NCBI RefSeq assembly: GCF_009914755.1
Contig: NC_060930.1
DNA length: 64,000 nucleotides
Reading direction: 5' to 3' (one strand)
Source of the DNA: the human T2T-CHM13v2.0 reference genome, Homo sapiens
The notes under the pieces are model-generated. The model was not told where the DNA came from, ran no database searches, and saw nothing but the letters and a program-made list of their open reading frames with translations. Shown here piece after piece: positions 60,132 to 64,000 of the stretch; position 1 is the stretch's first letter; the number at the start of each line of letters is the position of its first letter. Both the position numbers and the translations under genes were made by a program.

Positions 60132-60899
60132 ACATAAAGAACATATGAACATAAAGAACACTATGTCACATTGCCGGCACACGGGTTTTACGGCTGTGAG
60201 GATGCCAGAAAACATGACTGTGGGCAAGGGATCTAGAAGTGTTCATAGATCCATACAGTAGGCTCCTGGGGCTGCCCAGGTTTAGCTGGGGAGACTGGAG
60301 GTCTTATGGTCTGTGCTGCTGGTGAGGTGGCCTCATCTGCTCATACATGTGGGTGAACCTGAGGAACTTGGGACCATAAGCTCAGCTCCAGTTGAACATC
60401 CAGATGAATACTACCTTTTATGGATTCGAATGTTCTTGTCCTTCTCCCGATGAAGTATCAAGCGTCTTTCAAAGAAGGCTTACCATAACAGAAATATAAA
60501 CTTATTCAAGACTTGGGTGAAGGAGACTGTTTTGATAACTCGAAAAGGCAGAGAAAATCTCAGGGAACTACATTCCACTTGGGAAGTGGATTGTTTCTTC
60601 TGTTTTGCTCAAATCAGTTCTAACGCACCCTAGTGGGCATGAATGAGCTGGAAGGGTTCTCCAAATCTGCTTTAGTGCATCGAACAATTAACAGGCTTCA
60701 ACATACAGACCTCAAAATATGCACTGTAAGATGTTGTCAGGGAGACCTCTTATCAACCTTCCCATCACGGCTTTGCTTCCTTTCCTGTCTGAACCTGGGA
60801 TCTAAGGTCCATGGCTCCAACCACTGTCTGCCTTCAGTGTTCTCTCATGTCTTCACGCCTTGCCTTTCCACAAATCCTGCTCAGCAAACCCCACTCTTA

Positions 60900-61620
60900 G
60901 ACCAACTGGATGGTCCACCACTTCTGTGCTGGTATCTGCACTGATGAGTGCTGCCTAACCCCTACTCCTCTTTCCCCGGAAAGATGCTTTAGGCATTTAT
61001 TCTGTAGGTTCAACACTTCCCTCTCCACTGGCTCCTTCTCCAAAGCCTACAAACATGCTCGACACTCTCCCTTTTTGAGAAGACAGTCAACTTTCCCTTA
61101 GCTACAGTCTATATAGCTCCCTCCTTTAATACTCAAACCCAGGAAAAATCAGTCTATATTTCATCTCCCTATCTTCAACCAGAGCAATCTGCTGTCCTGA
61201 CCCATCTCCCTGGAACCTGCCCTGCACTCCACAGAACCCAGCACTCCACGGAGCCCGCCCTGCTGAGACAAAGGTTATCCATTCATGTTATAAATCCAAC
61301 TGAATTTTTCTTTGGGACACATTTTACTTTCTCTTTCTGAAATATTTGACTCTGCTGCCTACCCCCTCTATACCCATTTTTTAAAAATATGAAATTTCCC
61401 TTTGCTTTATACACATATTTTAATCTGGCTTCCACGACACTGCTCTCTCCTGAAATGTCCTCTGTCTCTTGCTTCTAGGTGAAGCTTGCCTCATCTTTTC
61501 TGATTCAAATATCATTTCCCAGTGAATCCTTTCTTGATCCTCCCAGATAAAAATGGCCACTCCCTCCTTCCTATCATTTAGCAGAGACTTTCTTACAGTC
61601 CCCATAGCACATCACTGACT
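60900..61620 (+). mobile_element. Degraded L2 fragments
   Basis: CTCTCTCCACTGGCTCCTTC...GCCTACAAACATGCTC and CTGGCTTCCACGACACTGCTCTCTCCTG are L2-like. Confidence 0.5.
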
Positions 61621-63291
61621 GTGTCCACGAGCCTCTGAAAGGAGGCAACTGGAGATTGCTTGTGTTATTTAAATATTCTCAAATGCACAAAAGCCAAAAT
61701 GTGCCCAAGTGAAACAAAGTGCATCTCAAGGCTGGCTTTATCCTAGGCGTTGCTGATTTGTGAGCCTGATCTAGAAGAACATCCAAGCAACAGTTGGGAA
61801 TAGGCCCAGTGCCCTTTCAAGGGTGGAGCCTAGGAATCCCAAAGATTGCTTCAGAGTTGCTAACTTTTTTTCTGGCTGGTTTTATGAGCAGAAGACTTTA
61901 AAGGTAGCAGTTCCTGAAATATGCCATAAGAAAAAGAGAGTGCCAAGTATATAAACAAGTGTAACTTTTTAAAAAGTTATTTGTAATCAAATATTTTAGA
62001 AGACACTGGGCGAAACAAAACAGCTAGATCCATATACGGAGAAGGTAGCTGTATGTGTCTTAACTCCACCTGTCTCTTGCACCAGTCTGACTTCAGACAC
62101 AAGGTTTGGAACTGAATGAATTACAGGTACAGTTTGCAGGTGATTTTGATGCTCTAGATCTAGTTCTTTTGGAAAAACTTGTTAAAGAACATATATTCGT
62201 GTCACTCCAGTTCGAACTGGTTTGGTGTGTGTGTAGTTTGTTTATTGAGGGGGGAAATGTGCTTTACTTTATAGTTCAGTCAAAATTAATGGATAATGAG
62301 GATAATAATTTGAGCCTATTAAATCCATTTATTTTCATCTGCAGTAGCCTCATTCCTCACTGCACTGCAGCTCCCAAACCAAGAGCACAGCCTGGCAAAC
62401 CTGCACAAGGTTCCTTCCACCATATAGAGAAGCCGCTGCTGCCTGTGACTGACAGGTTGGGAGGTCTACTGCCCTGGGGAAGAAGGCAGTCACGGCAGAA
62501 AAGGAGTTTCCAACAGAAGAAGTAGAAATCCTGGTCAAGCCTCCTATGGAGTGTAGAAAGAAGAGAGGCAGAGGAATTGCAGCAAATGATCAGGTACGTG
62601 TGTCCTGACCCTCCAGCAGCCCAGAGCAGACGAGAAAGCCCCCAGCAGAGGGGTTTAGTTCCCTCTCCCTCTCTGGAACTCCACAAGGGTGATCTCTCAT
62701 GGAATGAGCCTGAGGCTGCAGTCGAAAGAAAAAAATGATGGTGTGGTACTGTTCGTGTGAGTGTCTGAGGTGGCAATCCTGACATTCCCTTGGCATTCAT
62801 GCACCATGGAAGAATCCAGAAATTTCCTGTACCCCATGGGAACAAGAAAGGTGGTCAAAGAAGTGAACTGGAACACTGCCAGAAAGGTTGCAGAAGCCTT
62901 GGCAAAGTGACCAGTAGCCCTTGAAGGCTGCAGGGCAGAACTTCCAGATCAGGGATTGCTCACGAATGACAACCTGAACCCAGGAATGGGTCTGCAGTGC
63001 TGGCAGGAGCTGAAGGGGAGGCCTATTGAGGAGAGCTGCCAACCCTACTTGAGCTAAGAGAACAAACCACAAAAATAACTGATAGGGGTCTCATCAGCAG
63101 AAAGCAGCTCAGAGACCAGATCCAAGCAGTACACAACCCTACCCAGATCACCAAAGAGACCAGAATATTCCAGGGACACTACACAGGCCCAAGATCCCTG
63201 TCCTTCACCACTGAGGTCACACAGGCTCCTGGCCCTGCACACCAGACATCATGGAAAGAAGAGGGAGCGAGGTAGAAACAGCTCAGATATT

Positions 63292-63791
63292 GTATGTGTT
63301 ATCTGTCGCTGTGTGACAAATTAGCCCAACAGTTATTGGCTTAAAACAACTCTAAATATATATTATCTCCTATAGCTTGTCCGAGTCAGAAATGTGAGAG
63401 TGGTTTAGCCATTGCCTCTGTCTCGAGGATCTCTCATGTGGCTGCAGTCAAGATTTGGACCAGGGTGACAGTTATCTGGAGCTTTGACTGGCATTGGAGG
63501 ATCCACTTTGAAGGTGGCTCACTCACTCGTCTTCCAAGTTGGTGCTGGTTGTTGACAGGGAGTTGCTGCTTAAGTGTCTTCATGACATGACAACTGGCTT
63601 CCTCCAGAGAGGGTGATCCAAAAGACCAAAGTGGAAGCAGCATTGTCCCCAGAATTCTGACAGCATGACTTCGGCCATATTCTAGTGGTCACAAAGAAAA
63701 GCCCTGGTGTCACGATGAAGGGGATCCCGCAAGGGTACGAATCCCAGGAAGTGAGGCTCATTGGGGGCCATCTTGAAACATGGTTACCACA
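63292..63791 (-). mobile_element. MaLR LTR, MLT1F/G/H-like
   Basis: TGGCTTAAAACAAC...GGCTGCAGTCAAGAT...GGAGGATCCACTT...TCATTGGGGGCCATCTTG...TACCACA. Confidence 0.85.
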
Positions 63792-64000
63792 GTGAGGAAT
63801 TCATTTTTGAACTGACTGAAAAATCACCAGAAAAGTGATTGATTTAACCAGAAGAGGTTGGAAAGTTCCTGACTATGAAAATTCTAAAATTCTGTCATAC
63901 GAAGACACTTACATCTTTAACTTGAAATTTTTCATTTTTCCTGATCTACCCAGGCTTGAGAAGCAAAATTGATAATGGTTAGTTGGAGAACTGTAAAAAA

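Noticed and set aside
62207-62220. 14-bp palindrome CCAGTTCGAACTGG
   Set aside because: Several palindromes of this length are expected by chance in 64 kb.
62106-62845. 139-aa (+) and 162-aa (-) ORFs
   Set aside because: No recognisable protein similarity, non-ATG or weak starts, and no supporting splice architecture.

Overview
Primate genomic DNA, most likely human or another hominoid (AluY/AluS/AluJ, L1PA3-type LINE-1, MER52, THE1, MST). The window is gene-poor and repeat-rich, either intergenic or deep intronic. I find no host protein-coding exon, RNA gene or CRISPR array. The only real coding sequence is a near-full-length, disabled L1PA3-like element on the + strand (30393-36562, 11-bp TSD AGGAAATTCTC), nested in a MER101-like LTR that itself sits in the end of an MLT1 LTR. 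This L1 lacks the 5' YY1 site, carries 19 nt of extra non-L1 sequence that looks like a 5' transduction, retains the 129-bp ZNF93-target segment, has an open 150-aa antisense ORF0 and encodes a 496-aa endonuclease-containing ORF2 fragment. The rest is many solo LTRs (several with clean TSDs and nested insertions), Alus, MIR/L2/L1M relics, hAT MITEs and microsatellites. A few repeat-free, CpG-retaining, motif-dense stretches look like enhancers or promoters (about 0.5-0.95 kb, 6.55-6.8 kb, 27.3-27.9 kb, 50.3-52.3 kb), and there is an unexplained 103-bp local direct duplication (58889/60029). Repeat subfamily names come from recalled consensus sequences and need RepeatMasker/Dfam confirmation. 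I do not see evidence of a wholly new biological system; the most novel-looking items are the L1 5' junction/ORF0 and the 103-bp duplication.
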